Assembly (NCBI GenBank): GCA_963844055.1
Contig: CAWJMN010000002.1
Span: forward strand, 2,181,586-2,245,585
DNA: 64,000 nucleotides
Origin: an uncultured Planctomycetaceae bacterium
GTDB lineage: Bacteria; Planctomycetota; Planctomycetia; Pirellulales; Pirellulaceae
Direction: 5' to 3'
Below are positions 1 through 11,195 of the stretch, in pieces. Positions within the stretch are counted from its first letter, which is position 1; the number at the start of each line of letters is the position of its first letter. The notes beneath the pieces are model-generated. The model searched no databases. It was not told the origin of the DNA and was given only the letters and a program-made list of their open reading frames with translations. Made by a program: the position numbers and the translations under genes.

Positions 1-561
1 GCGCAAAAGGGTCCTAGCGATGCTCCTACTCTGGGCTCGTTCATGCCTCCCCTTGGCAACATCGCGCCGCCATCGCTACCGATTGATTCGAGCCCACCGC
101 CTTTGCCACCGCCGGGCTACAGTGGTCCGCGCGGGCCGATTGGGGCTGCACCGGGTGGATTTGGTCCGGGAGGTTTTGGACCTGGCGGAAATGCAGCGCC
201 TCCTCCTGGCTATGGCTTGCCGCCAGGAGCTCCGCCGGGCAGTTTCCCGCCTGCTAATCCTCCCCCTGGTTCAGTTCCACCAGGAACTGTTCCGCCGGGC
301 TATGGCTTTCCCACGATGGATCCAGCCACATCGGTAACGATCAAGGTGACCGGCGCAAAAGCGATGGATGACAATGCCGTTCGCGACGCACTAGGGAAGG
401 CGCGAGGAGCTTCGCAATCGTCTTCGTCACGGTCGGGCGATAATGCGACGTTTCAGCTGCAGTACACTGGCCCGCTGGCCAAGGTTGTACCGCTAATCAC
501 GTTTGGCACTGTCACCAAAGTAGACGACAAAGCCCGCACGATTCACGTGCAGGGAAAGTAA
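1..561 (+). CDS. 5'-truncated CDS; Pro/Gly-rich repeat protein (PPGYG/PPG repeats), C-terminal fragment
   Basis: Frame 1 is open from window position 1 with no upstream stop before the listed ORF 43..561. The sequence is low-complexity Pro/Gly-rich followed by a globular C-terminus. Confidence 0.45.
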   Translation, partial: AQKGPSDAPTLGSFMPPLGNIAPPSLPIDSSPPPLPPPGYSGPRGPIGAAPGGFGPGGFGPGGNAAPPPGYGLPPGAPPGSFPPANPPPGSVPPGTVPPGYGFPTMDPATSVTIKVTGAKAMDDNAVRDALGKARGASQSSSSRSGDNATFQLQYTGPLAKVVPLITFGTVTKVDDKARTIHVQGK

Positions 562-591
562 GCGTTGTTCGTTGCGGATGGATCAGCGAAC

Positions 592-1599
592 CTACTTAAA
601 AAACTTTTGAACGCTGAGGACCGCAGCGGGAAGATGGCGGATCACACTGTAGTGGCCGCCGTTGTACCACACGATTTCCGGTTTGCCGAACGATTGCCAA
701 AGGGAAACCGTACACGCTTTGGGGATGACCTCGTCTTCGGTCGCGTTGAGCATCAAAATCTTTTTGCCCGTTACTCGGTCGCCATACTTGGTGGGATCGA
801 TGTCTCCCAGGATTGCCAGGAACTCTTGCTGAGTCCCTCCCTTTTCCAGCCACTTTTTGCGAACCTTGTCGAGCTCTTTGGATTCCCAGGCAATCGTCCC
901 TAGGTCCCCCCCTGCCAACATCAGGCAGCCGCTTGTGAGTTGTGGATCAATCGCCAGCGCTAGTGAACCGGTAATGCCCCCCAGGCTAATTCCAAACACA
1001 CCCAGCCGATCGGGATCGACAAAATCTTGGCTGGCTAAGAATGCAGCGCCGGTGCGAATGTCGGCGATTGCCTGCGTCATACCTGCGAGCGTTTCTTGCG
1101 GGTCTTCACTGATCATCCGGCGAGGATGGTTCGGCGGGCGACGTGGACCGTAATAGGGAAGCTTCACAAAAAGTGCCGCAACCCCTTCATTGGCCAAAGC
1201 GTTGCAGAACAAACGCGACAGCGAAAAGTCGCCCCCCAAAATGTGAAGCACAACCACGCCGGGCATTTTACCTTCGCGTCGGCTTTTCCCTTGTGGCAGG
1301 TAAAGCTCTGTATGAACCGTGTTGTTACATTCGAACTCGGTTGTAACGGGGGAAGGAAAGCGAACCTCGGTTACGGAGCGATTCGTGGCCGACAACGGCA
1401 GCACATTGCTTTCATACCGGAAGGTTTTCTCGCCTAGGCGAAAACGCTCGGGGACATCCTTCTCATTCGCTTTCGGCACAAAGCGAAAGTCTCCACGCTC
1501 TGCAATGGTTAGCAGTTCCGCATCGGCAGCCAGCAAAGAACCACTCAGCGATGTCATCACCAGCAGTGCGGCCATGCGCACGACAAAAGGAAAGCTCAT
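592..1599 (-). CDS. secreted alpha/beta-hydrolase (dienelactone hydrolase/peptidase S9-like)
   Basis: ORF 592..1725 has an internal Met at 1599 that begins a signal peptide (MSFPFVVRMAALLVMTSLSGSLLA). A GISLGG nucleophile elbow and an HILGGDFS motif are present. Confidence 0.6.
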   Translation of the reverse strand: MSFPFVVRMAALLVMTSLSGSLLAADAELLTIAERGDFRFVPKANEKDVPERFRLGEKTFRYESNVLPLSATNRSVTEVRFPSPVTTEFECNNTVHTELYLPQGKSRREGKMPGVVVLHILGGDFSLSRLFCNALANEGVAALFVKLPYYGPRRPPNHPRRMISEDPQETLAGMTQAIADIRTGAAFLASQDFVDPDRLGVFGISLGGITGSLALAIDPQLTSGCLMLAGGDLGTIAWESKELDKVRKKWLEKGGTQQEFLAILGDIDPTKYGDRVTGKKILMLNATEDEVIPKACTVSLWQSFGKPEIVWYNGGHYSVIRHLPAAVLSVQKFFK

Positions 1600-1839
1600 G
1601 GTTGTAGCCTTACGAAAGCGAGAGGGTTCAAAAGGATTTCTTCGATGGGGCAAAAATTTGGTTGAGCCGCACCGTCCCACCGCATTATATTGATCAAGTT
1701 TGATGGATGGAAACAGCCCCAGCATACCATTGGAAAGAGTTCGCCGTGCCTACAAAGAGTTTCCTTCGCAAGATTGCGGTTCGTCGTTTACTCGGCTCCC
1801 TTTACGTCGGAGCGTCGCTGAGCACTAATCACCTGTGGA

Positions 1840-4191
1840 TTGTCCCAAACCGGCTTTGCCCAAGCCATTGGCGATGAGAATCCGCCGGAGGTCAAGCTGG
1901 TGCCGCAGGCCGAGCAGACGCCGTTTCCGGGGACGACCAAGCTTTCTAAAGAGGGCGATCTGGCCGACCAGTTGGTGCAAGGGGTAGATCGTTTTTTGCT
2001 GCGAGAGTTGGCAGAGTCGGTTAAGGCTCGCGATGCCTTTTGGAAACGGGACTTTACTTCGGCCGAGGCCTACAATCAATCAGTCGAAAAGAACCGTCAG
2101 CGACTCGCGTTCATCCTGGGGATTCGCGACTCGCGTGTTCCCTTTGCGGAGCCAGAGCTGGTTTCCACGCTGCACAATCCGGCCAAATTGGCGGAGATCG
2201 GAACGGTTAGCGAGGTCTATCATGTTCGCTGGCCGGTGGTGCGCGGGATTTGGGCCGAGGGGCTGCTTGCCATTCCCCACAAGGCCAATACGGCAGGAGT
2301 CGACGTCAAGCTTTCGACAGTAATTGCCATTCCGGATGCGGATGTAACGCCGCAGCAGTTTTTTGGCCTGAAGCCCGGCCTTGATCCCAGCCGACAACTG
2401 GCTCGCCAATTGGCAGAGCGTGGTCATCGTGTTTTGGTTCCCCAGCTTATTAGCCGAACGGTCAACCATCGTTCGTTCCATAGCCCTAATCAAGGCCCCA
2501 AGCTTAGCAATCGAGAGTTTGTCTATCGGCCCGCCTTTGAAATGGGGCGACAACTCGTTGGTTATGAAACGCAAGAAGTTTTGGCGGCCGTCGATTGGCT
2601 TGCCAAACAGAAGCGAGACACGATCAGCGTTGCGGGAACGGGCGAGGGGGGCCTGATTGCCTTGATGGCGGCAGCGCTAGATACTCGCGTGGATTCCTTG
2701 TTGGTGCGCGGCTTTTTTGGACCTCGCGAAGGTTCCTATCAAGAGCCAATCGACCGGAACGTGTTTGGTTTGCTGGAACAATTTGGTGGTGCAGAACTGC
2801 TGACGTTGGTGGCGCCTCGTCCTGTGGTGATTGATGCACAAGACTATCCGCACGTGACGCTGAAAAGCGAAGGGGGTGCGCCAGCCGAGCTGAAGGATGT
2901 GCCGCTCGAAGAGGTTGCCAGTGAAACCAGTCGTGCGGGGCAACTGCTACAAGCGGGCTTTGGAAAAATCACTCTAGCGACGACAGAGGGAGCCAATATT
3001 TCCGCCGCCGCGAAGGAAAAATTAGCAGCGGGCAAAGTGGCTGTCGTTCCGGATGGCGTGAGCACGCTTTTTGGTGCCGCACCCGCTAGTGGAGCTTCGG
3101 TCGTGAAGGTGCTTCGCCGCGAACTGCCCGACGAAGGCGCCATTGAACAGCATCTGATCCAAACGATCATGGATGACACGCAAGATTTGCTGGCGGTGAG
3201 CGATGCCGTGCGGACCAAGTTCATGAAGCCATTGCACGATAGTCCTACGCCCGAAGCGTATAACACCAAGCTGGAAGAGTATCGGCGCAAGTTTGCCACC
3301 GAAGTGATTGGCGAGTTTAACAACCCGCTCATTCCGCTCGACAAGGCGGAGCCACGGTCGCGTAAGACCTACGAGACCGACAAGTGGATTGGCTACGAAG
3401 TGGAGATGGACGTCTTTCCCGATGTAGTCGCGTATGGTGTTTTGATTGTGCCCAAGAACTTGCCCGCCGGAGAAAAGCGGCCCGTCATCGTTTGCCAGCA
3501 CGGATTGGAAGGACGCCCACAAGATGTGATCGGTCCGCAAATGAAGGATGCCTATAGCGGCTTTGCTGGCCGTCTTGCAGAGTTGGGCTACATCACGTTC
3601 TCGCCACAGAACTTGTACATCGGCAAGGACAAGTTCCGCACGTTGCAGCGGAAGGCCAACCCACTGGGCAAGACGCTATTCTCGGTGATCGTTCCGCAGC
3701 ACAAGCAGATTTGCAAATGGCTGAAGACGCTGCCCAATGTGGATGAGAAGCGGATCGCGTTTTACGGCCTCTCTTACGGTGGCAAAAGCGCGATGCGGAT
3801 TCCGCCGCTGGTAGATGACTATTGCTTGTCGATTTGCTCGGCCGACTTTAATGAGTGGGTCTACAAGAATGCCACGATTCGTGCGCCGTATAGCTATGTC
3901 TGGACCGGCGAGTACGAGATCTTTGAATTCGACATGGGGAACACGTTCAACTATGCCGAGATGGCGGCTCTGATTTGCCCACGCCCCTTCATGGTGGAGC
4001 GTGGCCACTTCGACGGCGTTGGCGTTGATGAATGGGTGGCGTTTGAATTTGCCAAGGTGCGAAATCACTATGAAGTGAAACGCCGCTTGCCTGATCATTG
4101 CGAGATCGCCTTTTTCATCGGCCCTCACAAGATCCACGGCCAAGCGACTTTTGCCTTCCTCAAGAAGCATCTGGGCTATCCCGAGAAGTAG
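1840..4191 (+). CDS. large two-module alpha/beta-hydrolase-fold protein
   Basis: The 783-aa ORF contains two hydrolase-like segments (AGTGEGGLIALMAA and FYGLSYGGKSAM, both GxSxG-type). Function is unknown. Confidence 0.55.
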   Translation: MSQTGFAQAIGDENPPEVKLVPQAEQTPFPGTTKLSKEGDLADQLVQGVDRFLLRELAESVKARDAFWKRDFTSAEAYNQSVEKNRQRLAFILGIRDSRVPFAEPELVSTLHNPAKLAEIGTVSEVYHVRWPVVRGIWAEGLLAIPHKANTAGVDVKLSTVIAIPDADVTPQQFFGLKPGLDPSRQLARQLAERGHRVLVPQLISRTVNHRSFHSPNQGPKLSNREFVYRPAFEMGRQLVGYETQEVLAAVDWLAKQKRDTISVAGTGEGGLIALMAAALDTRVDSLLVRGFFGPREGSYQEPIDRNVFGLLEQFGGAELLTLVAPRPVVIDAQDYPHVTLKSEGGAPAELKDVPLEEVASETSRAGQLLQAGFGKITLATTEGANISAAAKEKLAAGKVAVVPDGVSTLFGAAPASGASVVKVLRRELPDEGAIEQHLIQTIMDDTQDLLAVSDAVRTKFMKPLHDSPTPEAYNTKLEEYRRKFATEVIGEFNNPLIPLDKAEPRSRKTYETDKWIGYEVEMDVFPDVVAYGVLIVPKNLPAGEKRPVIVCQHGLEGRPQDVIGPQMKDAYSGFAGRLAELGYITFSPQNLYIGKDKFRTLQRKANPLGKTLFSVIVPQHKQICKWLKTLPNVDEKRIAFYGLSYGGKSAMRIPPLVDDYCLSICSADFNEWVYKNATIRAPYSYVWTGEYEIFEFDMGNTFNYAEMAALICPRPFMVERGHFDGVGVDEWVAFEFAKVRNHYEVKRRLPDHCEIAFFIGPHKIHGQATFAFLKKHLGYPEK

Positions 4192-4580
4192 GTCCTCCAC
4201 TTCGTGGAAGGGATATGCCTGGACAGAGCCGGAAGCATCCGCGACCGGCCCGACTGCCGCTGGATCACCCGCTGGCCGAGCAACGCCCGGGTGTTTGGGC
4301 CGGATTCTGCCAGTTGCCGGCTGGATGATCAGCCGCTAAGTGGGCGAGGAACTAGGTAGCCATTGGTCTAAGTGTCCAAGCGGGGCCGATTTGCGTCACG
4401 GCGGGGCATTGGCGTAGGTTTCGCGGCCGAAATTCGCTATATTTACCCCTAATTGCCATTCTGGGGTCAAAATTGCGCGAACATTGCCCCCGGGAGCCGA
4501 ATCCTTACAATAGTAGTCAAGCTAGTAGTGATTGCGCTTTCCAGCGTGATTGCTCGCGTTTCTCCCTCTTTGAACAGTAA

Positions 4581-6338
4581 TTGATTGCGACCATGACTGA
4601 CGCCACCCAATCCACAACTGCCCCCAAACTCAGCCCTGTTGAAGGGGTGAAGGATGAAAGCCGATTTCTGTTTGGGGAGATCGGTCCCGAGATGACGGAT
4701 GGGAACGACTTCTTTGGCAAGGGAAGCGAAGTCCTGCTGAAGTTCCACGGCACCTATCAACAGGATGACCGGGACGAGCGCGGCGGCGTTGCCGAAGATG
4801 GCAAAAAGAAGAAGTCTTACATCTTCATGGTTCGGTCGCGCATTCCAGGCGGCAAGTTGACCAGCGACCAATTGCTGGAACAACTCAACCTGTGCGATGA
4901 AATTGGAAATACCACGCTGCGGATCACGTCGCGCCAATCGCTGCAATTGCACGGCGTGCTAAAGTCGAATTTGAAGCAAGCGATTCGCCGGATCAACGAT
5001 TCTCAGCTCAGCACGTTGGCCGCTTGCGGCGACGTCAATCGTAACGTGATGAGCTGTCCTGCTCCCTACGCCAACAACCTCTACCGTGAGACACAAGCAT
5101 TGGCCGATCAAATCGCCATGCACTTCGCTCCACGAACCAAGGCCTATCATCAACTTTGGTTGACCGACACCGAGACCGGTGTGAAAGAATTGGTTGGTGG
5201 TGGCGATCCTGCCGGGGATGGGTTTGATGTCGAGCCACTTTACGGCAAGCATTACATGCCGCGCAAATTCAAGATGGGGATTGGCTTTGACTTCGACAAC
5301 TGCGTCGATCTCTATTCGCAAGACTTGGGGCTGATGGCGATCACCCAAGGACAGAAGATCCTCGGTTACAACGTGCTGGTGGGTGGTGGCTTTGGCGTGA
5401 CCCCTTCGGCCAAAAAGACCTTCCCACACTTGGGCAAGAAGCTAACGTTTGCCACGCCAGAAAACGTCATTGCCATTGTCGAAGCGGTGTTCAAGGTCCA
5501 GCGTGACTTTGGCAACCGTGAAGATCGCAAGGTGGCTCGTCTGAAATACGTCGTTGCCGGCTGGGGCATCGAAAAGTTCAAGGCCAAGGTCGAAGAGTAC
5601 TACGGCAGCAAGTTGCCTGAGCCCAATGCGGCCGATGTCCATGGATTTAACGACCACATGGGCTGGGACGAACAAGGGGATGGCAATTGGTTCTACGGCC
5701 TGAACGTAGAAAATGGCCGGATCAAGGACACCGCACAGATCAAGCTGAAAAGTGCGATTCGCGAGATCTGCCAAACGCTCAAGCCGAACATCCGTTTGAC
5801 TTCGCACCAAAGCATCCTGTTTACGGACGTCAAGCCAGACGACAAGGCCAAGCTGACGGCGATCTTGAAGAAGTTCAACGTCACGCTGACGGAAGAGATC
5901 TCGCTGGCTCGTCGCTATAGCATGGCGTGCGTAGCTTGGCCAACCTGCGGCCTTTCGATCACCGAAAGCGAACGGGCCTTGCCAGGGATCATCGACCATA
6001 TTGAAGTCGCACTGGCCAAGCTAGGCCTAGCGGGCGAACGCTTCACCATTCGTATGACCGGTTGCCCCAACGGCTGTGCACGTCCTTACAACAGTGACGT
6101 CGGCCTCGTTGGCAAGGCAAAGGGAAAATACACCTTGTTCCTCGGAGGTCGTTTGCTGGGTGATCGTCTCAACTTTATCTACAAGGACATGGTCCCTGAA
6201 GAGGAAGTTGCCGGCACGCTCACGCCGGTGTTTGCTTACTTCAAGCAATCCCGCGAAGCCAACGAGACCTTTGGTGACTTCTGTCATCGCAAGGGGGTTG
6301 AAGACTTGGCCGCATTTGCGGAGAAGTTCTCGGCCTAA
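4581..6338 (+). CDS. ferredoxin/NADPH-type sulfite (or nitrite) reductase hemoprotein subunit (siroheme-[4Fe-4S])
   Basis: The 585-aa ORF carries the KFHGTYQQDDRDER motif and the TGCPNGCARP siroheme/Fe-S cysteine cluster motif. Length is typical of CysI/Sir/NirA. Confidence 0.75.
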   Translation: MIATMTDATQSTTAPKLSPVEGVKDESRFLFGEIGPEMTDGNDFFGKGSEVLLKFHGTYQQDDRDERGGVAEDGKKKKSYIFMVRSRIPGGKLTSDQLLEQLNLCDEIGNTTLRITSRQSLQLHGVLKSNLKQAIRRINDSQLSTLAACGDVNRNVMSCPAPYANNLYRETQALADQIAMHFAPRTKAYHQLWLTDTETGVKELVGGGDPAGDGFDVEPLYGKHYMPRKFKMGIGFDFDNCVDLYSQDLGLMAITQGQKILGYNVLVGGGFGVTPSAKKTFPHLGKKLTFATPENVIAIVEAVFKVQRDFGNREDRKVARLKYVVAGWGIEKFKAKVEEYYGSKLPEPNAADVHGFNDHMGWDEQGDGNWFYGLNVENGRIKDTAQIKLKSAIREICQTLKPNIRLTSHQSILFTDVKPDDKAKLTAILKKFNVTLTEEISLARRYSMACVAWPTCGLSITESERALPGIIDHIEVALAKLGLAGERFTIRMTGCPNGCARPYNSDVGLVGKAKGKYTLFLGGRLLGDRLNFIYKDMVPEEEVAGTLTPVFAYFKQSREANETFGDFCHRKGVEDLAAFAEKFSA

Positions 6339-6375
6339 CGGTTTTGTCGAGTTCCGTGCTGAAGGAGGGCCATCC

Positions 6376-7599
6376 ATGCCGTCTTACTCTTGCTATTTGC
6401 AATGGCTAGGGCGACTGTCTTGGACAGGCTGCCTCCTACTAAGCAGTTGTTGGGCTAATAGCCATGCGGCCGAGGAGCCAGCTCCTCCCGCGAGTGCGGA
6501 GCAGATTCAAACCTGGGCCGATCAACTCGATAGCGCCAACTTTGCCGAGCGTGAAGATGCAACGATTGCCTTGGTGAAGCAAGGGGCTGCGGCAATTGGT
6601 CCAGTGGCCCAGCAGCTTTCTTCCCCCAGCTTAGAAGCAACCTCCCGCGCGCTCCATATTCTGCAAGAGCTAGCGCAGGTCGATAATCTAGACACACAAG
6701 CGGCCGCACGCGATGCGATTGTGGCTGCCGCACAAGAGGCGGGCCCGATGTCGCGGCGATTTGCCGTGGCGATTGCCGCGCTCAATCAAAAGCGATCGGC
6801 CAAGGCACTGCTCGACCTTGAACGACTGGGCGCCCGGATTGAACGGCGGACCGAACTGTTTGTGGCCGGGGTTCCCAACTTTGCCATTCAAGGGATTCCC
6901 AATGCAGCGAACTTTGGCATCGCGCTGCAGCTCGGCTCAGACTTCAAAGGAACCATCGGTGACTTGCGCCGGCTGGAGTGGCTAGAAAATGTTAGCCAGC
7001 TGGAGTTGTCGGGCGAAAAGGTGACCGATGCGATGGTGGCTATGGCGGTCAAAGTACCGGGCCTGGTTAGCCTGCACTTGTATGACACCGTGCAAGTGAC
7101 CGATCAAGGCTTGGCCGTTTTGCCGGAAGCGAAATCGCTGCGTGAGCTGGGGCTGTACTACATGCCAGCAACGGATGCCGCGGTTCCTTCGATTTCCAAA
7201 ATCATCAGCCTGAACGAGCTAAAGCTGTACGGAACCCAGATCACTGCCGAGAAGAAGGTCGAACTGGTTGCCTCGCTGATGGCGGTGCGCATCGACTATC
7301 GCCGCGGCGCCTTCTTGGGTGTTGGTGGACTTTCCAGCGAGAATGAACTTGTCGTCAACATCGTCCACGAAGGAAGCCCAGCCGAAAAAGCAGGTTTACA
7401 GCCAGGCGATGTGCTGCTCACGTTTGAAGGAAAGCCACTGGATCAGTTTGATACGCTGACCAAGCACATCTCGGAGCATAAGCCGGCCGACAAGGTGAAG
7501 ATCGAAGTGCGTCGCAGTGGGCAGGTCGATCCAATTGCGATCGAGGTCACGCTGGGACGCTGGGAACAGCGGCTCTCGGTTAGCAACCAGCGCCGCTAG
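6376..7599 (+). CDS. secreted leucine-rich-repeat protein with C-terminal PDZ domain
   Basis: The track ORF 6076..7599 overlaps the upstream gene. The in-frame Met at 6376 starts a signal-like N-terminus, LRR-like repeats follow, and the C-terminus is PDZ-like (GVGGLS...GLQPGDVLLTFEGKPL). Confidence 0.55.
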   Translation: MPSYSCYLQWLGRLSWTGCLLLSSCWANSHAAEEPAPPASAEQIQTWADQLDSANFAEREDATIALVKQGAAAIGPVAQQLSSPSLEATSRALHILQELAQVDNLDTQAAARDAIVAAAQEAGPMSRRFAVAIAALNQKRSAKALLDLERLGARIERRTELFVAGVPNFAIQGIPNAANFGIALQLGSDFKGTIGDLRRLEWLENVSQLELSGEKVTDAMVAMAVKVPGLVSLHLYDTVQVTDQGLAVLPEAKSLRELGLYYMPATDAAVPSISKIISLNELKLYGTQITAEKKVELVASLMAVRIDYRRGAFLGVGGLSSENELVVNIVHEGSPAEKAGLQPGDVLLTFEGKPLDQFDTLTKHISEHKPADKVKIEVRRSGQVDPIAIEVTLGRWEQRLSVSNQRR

Positions 7600-7620
7600 T
7601 TGGTAAGCATCGTCTGCGAC

Positions 7621-8526
7621 TTAGATCCGCGGACGAAAGATCACCGGAAGTAGTTCAACGGTGCGGATTGATCGCCCATTCTTTTTCGCGGGCTGAGCAC
7701 GCCACGCTTCGACCGCTTTTTTGGCCGCACTGTCAAGGATTGCAAAGCCGCTGCTGGTTTCAATCTTGGCTTCTACAACGGAGCCCGTTTCATCAATCGT
7801 GATACGCAGTAGCACGGTGCCATGCCAGCCGTTTTGCTGCGCGAGGGCTGGGTATTCCGGCGGAACATTGCCCGAGAAGACGGGACGTTCCATCTTTTCA
7901 AAGCCCGTCGCGATCGGTGGGATCGCGGGACTTGCAATGCTAGGGGGAGCCGCTGGTGCTCGGCGAGGTGTAACTGCTGCAACCGGCTCAGCAGGTTGCA
8001 ACGAAGGAGGCGATGAAGGTGTAGGCTCTGCGCGAGAGGGCTCCGCAGCGACGACGCCTTCTTGCGTCGCTACTTCCATCGCTTCGACCGCTTCGAGCGG
8101 AGGTGGCTCATCGGTTTGCTTTTCGGGCTGTGTGGTGGTTTCGCTAATCGTGGTCGCAACGTGTAGCGGCGAGGCGTCAACCGGAACGGCTGCGGCAGGT
8201 TCAGATGGAGCCGGCTGGGGTGCGACCTCAATCGCCACATCATCGATGGGCGGTTCCGCAGGAGCTTCGGCCGGGCTCGACGGGGCGCTAGAAAGCTGGA
8301 TGACGATCACGCCCGAACGGCCCGCAAGATCTGCCTCTTGATCGAGTTGCTTTTGAACGTACCACGATCCAACCATGAACGCACCAATCCCACAGGCGTG
8401 CACGAGCACGGAGGATTTCAGCGAGATCAGGGCCGTTGTCCAGGGACATCGCGGCAATCGAAACCAGGAAGAGACCAACGAACGCTTGCTCCCAATTGAC
8501 TGAGTGTGGAACTGCCGCCGTGGCAA
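7621..8526 (-). CDS. TonB family energy transducer
   Basis: It has an N-terminal TM segment, a Pro/Ala/Glu-rich spacer and a C-terminal TonB domain (FSGNVPPEYPALAQQNGWHGTVLLRITIDETGSVVEAKI). It is divergent from the TonB-dependent receptor gene. Confidence 0.7.
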   Translation of the reverse strand: MPRRQFHTQSIGSKRSLVSSWFRLPRCPWTTALISLKSSVLVHACGIGAFMVGSWYVQKQLDQEADLAGRSGVIVIQLSSAPSSPAEAPAEPPIDDVAIEVAPQPAPSEPAAAVPVDASPLHVATTISETTTQPEKQTDEPPPLEAVEAMEVATQEGVVAAEPSRAEPTPSSPPSLQPAEPVAAVTPRRAPAAPPSIASPAIPPIATGFEKMERPVFSGNVPPEYPALAQQNGWHGTVLLRITIDETGSVVEAKIETSSGFAILDSAAKKAVEAWRAQPAKKNGRSIRTVELLPVIFRPRI

Positions 8527-8868
8527 TGATTCCTAGGATGATTCATCGTACATCCAACGGGTAGACCTTTTCCTCCATCGGAACGTGTTCGCGGTCAAAA
8601 TTCCACCACCGGGATCGGTCAAAATCGTGCCAGCGTGGTGAAAAAATCGCCACGGCTTGAGAGAAAAACGAACGCCTTACGGAAATGGCACGTTTTTCGG
8701 CGTTTGGCTAACGCGCTAACCGTCAAATTCCGAACCTTTCTATCGGGTAAGGAACCAGAGGCTCCTTACTTAGGGTGGTTCTGCCAGAAACGCTAGCAAA
8801 GCGAGTTTCTGGTGAAGGCGAACCAGCCCCTAAGCATTGCAGGTTCTTTACAAGGTTTTTGATAGGCG

Positions 8869-11195
8869 ATGAACATCCGCAAACCTTTTCCTGGCCATCG
8901 CATTGGCTCCCTTGGGGGCATGCTGATTGGGCTGGCGCTACTTCATGGGGCAAACCTCTTTGCCCAGGAGAGCCTGCATATTGATGATGACGATGCGCCA
9001 ACGGTTGAGGCGACCGCCTTCCAGCAAGAATCGGCCGAGCCGATGGGAACGCTGCCAGCGGTGGAAGTGCAGCCCAGTGACCTGCCCTCTTCGGTTGTGA
9101 CCGGAGGCGAGATTGGCGAAGTTCCACAGTCCGGGGGACTGTTTGATTTACCCTTTAGCTACCCCTCGCTTTCGGATCAGTTGTTTGAAGGGGCAAGCTC
9201 GGGCGTACGCGGGCTGAATCGTTCGGTAGCCGACTTGCCCAACAATGCGACGATCATCGATCGCGCAACGATACAAGAGAAGCAAGCGCAGACGCTCATG
9301 CAAGCCTTGCAAAATGAGACAGGTGTGCTGGTGCAGCAAACCGGGCGTGGCCAGTCTTCGATCTTTATGCGCGGCGTGACTGGACAACAGGTGTTGATCT
9401 TGGTCGATGGCATTCGCGTGAACAATTCCACCTTGTCGCTGGCCCTAACCAGTACTCGGCTCTGTTTGATCCCGGCTCGATCGATCACATTGAAGTGATT
9501 CGCGGCTCGCAATCGACGATGTGGGGTGGCGACGCGATTGGTGGCGTGGTGAATATTGTCACGCGTGGGGCGAACCCCAACCGGGGCAACTATACCGGCA
9601 CGAACTTCCAGCAAACGTTTAGCTCGGCCGACCTGGGCACCTATAGCCGTGCGAGCCTCGAAGGTTGGGTGGGACGCCAAGGGCTGTATGCAGGTGGCAG
9701 CTATTTAGATAATGACAACTTGGATCGGGGCGGCGGCCTCGGGCGTCAGCCGGGAACCGAATATAGTCAGTACGCCTTTGACCTGAAGTACAACTTCTTA
9801 GTCAGCGATACCGACCTGTTAACGGTGGTGATGCAACATTTTGAGCAGCAGGATGTGCCACGGAGTGATCGCTTTGATCCTTTTGTGAAGCAGAACATTC
9901 CCACCGCTGCCGCTCGTCCTACCTATTTTGATCCACAGCAGCGCGACTTGATTTATGCTCGTCTGCAGGGCGAAGGAATGAACGCCTTTTACGATACCTA
10001 CGCGCACACGGTGTCGTGGCAGTTCAACAAAGAAGGAACGACCGAGCAGCAAGGGAATCAGCTGACCCGGGGTGAGTTCGACGTCAACACGTGGGGCTAT
10101 ACCATGACATTGACCAAAGACCTTGAGCACTTTGGCATCATCAGCTACGGCGGTGATTACTACAATGATGCGATTGACTCGGTGCGCTCACGCCGGGCGA
10201 ACAATGCGGCCCCGTTTGTGCCCGTGGCCTCCGCCCAGTATCCCAACGATGCCACTTATGATCGTGGCGGCGTCTATGCAACCTGGGATTTGCAAGTCTC
10301 TCAGCGGCTGAACATTTTGGCCGGCGGTCGCTACGAAAATGTGAACGCCCAAGCGACACCGCTGGTAACGCTTAACAATGTGGCCAATACGCCCTATCCG
10401 TTTGATCGCACCTATCAGGCTTGGGTTGGCAATATCGGCATGACCTACAACCTGACCGATCAGACCAACGTCGTGGGCGGTATCTATCAAGGTTTCCGCG
10501 CACCTTCGATTGACGACCTCACGGCCGACAAGACCTTCTTACAAAACGCACAGAACACACCCACCGTCGGTGCCCTTAGTGTTCAGCCGGAACATAGCCG
10601 GACGTATGAAGTCGGGCTGAAGCATGATGGCGAGCGTTTGCGTGGCGGCCTTTATCAATGGTGGATGAACATTGATGACTACATGACGCGCGTTCCCGAT
10701 GCCAACAATGTCGTCGTGCTGGGAAACAGCAATGCTGCCTTGCATGGTACTGAGCTCAATGGCGAGTACTTGCTTGATCCACAGTGGAGCCTGTACGGCA
10801 ACTTTTGGTACACCTGGGGCAATGACACCAACACGGGCGATGTCTTTCCACGAATTCCGCCCACCCAGGGAACGCTTGGCGCACGTTGGCGAGACGAAGC
10901 CCGCCTTACCTATGTCGATCTATATACCTGGATGGTCGATCAAGTGGAGGCCCGCCACTATCCACGCTCGCTCTTTAACAACTTGGGGCAATCGACCGAT
11001 GCCCGCTTTCCTACCGGTGGCACAGCCGGCTATGCGACGCTTAACCTGCGGATGGGGCGGACCTTTGGCGAAACCCAGGCCCATCGGATTAGCACAACGT
11101 TTTACAACATCACCGACAAGTACTATCGCGTGCTAGGTTCGGGCGTCGATGGCGAAGGGTTCAACGCCCTGATCACTTACGAGTACAAGCACTAG
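8869..11195 (+). CDS. TonB-dependent outer-membrane receptor, interrupted by an apparent frameshift near 9430-9450
   Basis: ORF 8869..9498 carries the signal peptide and plug domain (FMRGVTGQQVLILVDGIRVNN). ORF 9495..11195 (GTG-initiated in the track) carries IRGSQSTMWGGDAIGGVVNIVTRG plus the beta-barrel. The frame-0 continuation ...GPNQYSALFDPGSIDHIEVIRG reads through the junction. Confidence 0.7.

Noticed and set aside
6076-6375. Long 5' extension of the LRR-PDZ ORF (track ORF 6076..7599)
   Set aside because: It overlaps the 3' end of the sulfite reductase gene in another frame and lacks a signal peptide. Met 6376 is followed immediately by a signal-like sequence.
7721-8341. 206-aa plus-strand ORF and other long antisense ORFs (for example 28250..29074, 33890..34438, 35676..36185, 51431..52393, 57115..58011, 59748..60527)
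   Set aside because: All lie fully inside well-supported genes on the opposite strand. They have biased Ala/Arg/Gly/Ser composition and no domains, so they are high-GC antisense artefacts.
9430-9500. Programmed ribosomal frameshifting or recoding at the gene breaks
   Set aside because: The same kind of break occurs in sufS, map and rsmD, where no recoding is known. There are no slippery-heptamer-plus-structure contexts. Sequencing indels are the parsimonious explanation.
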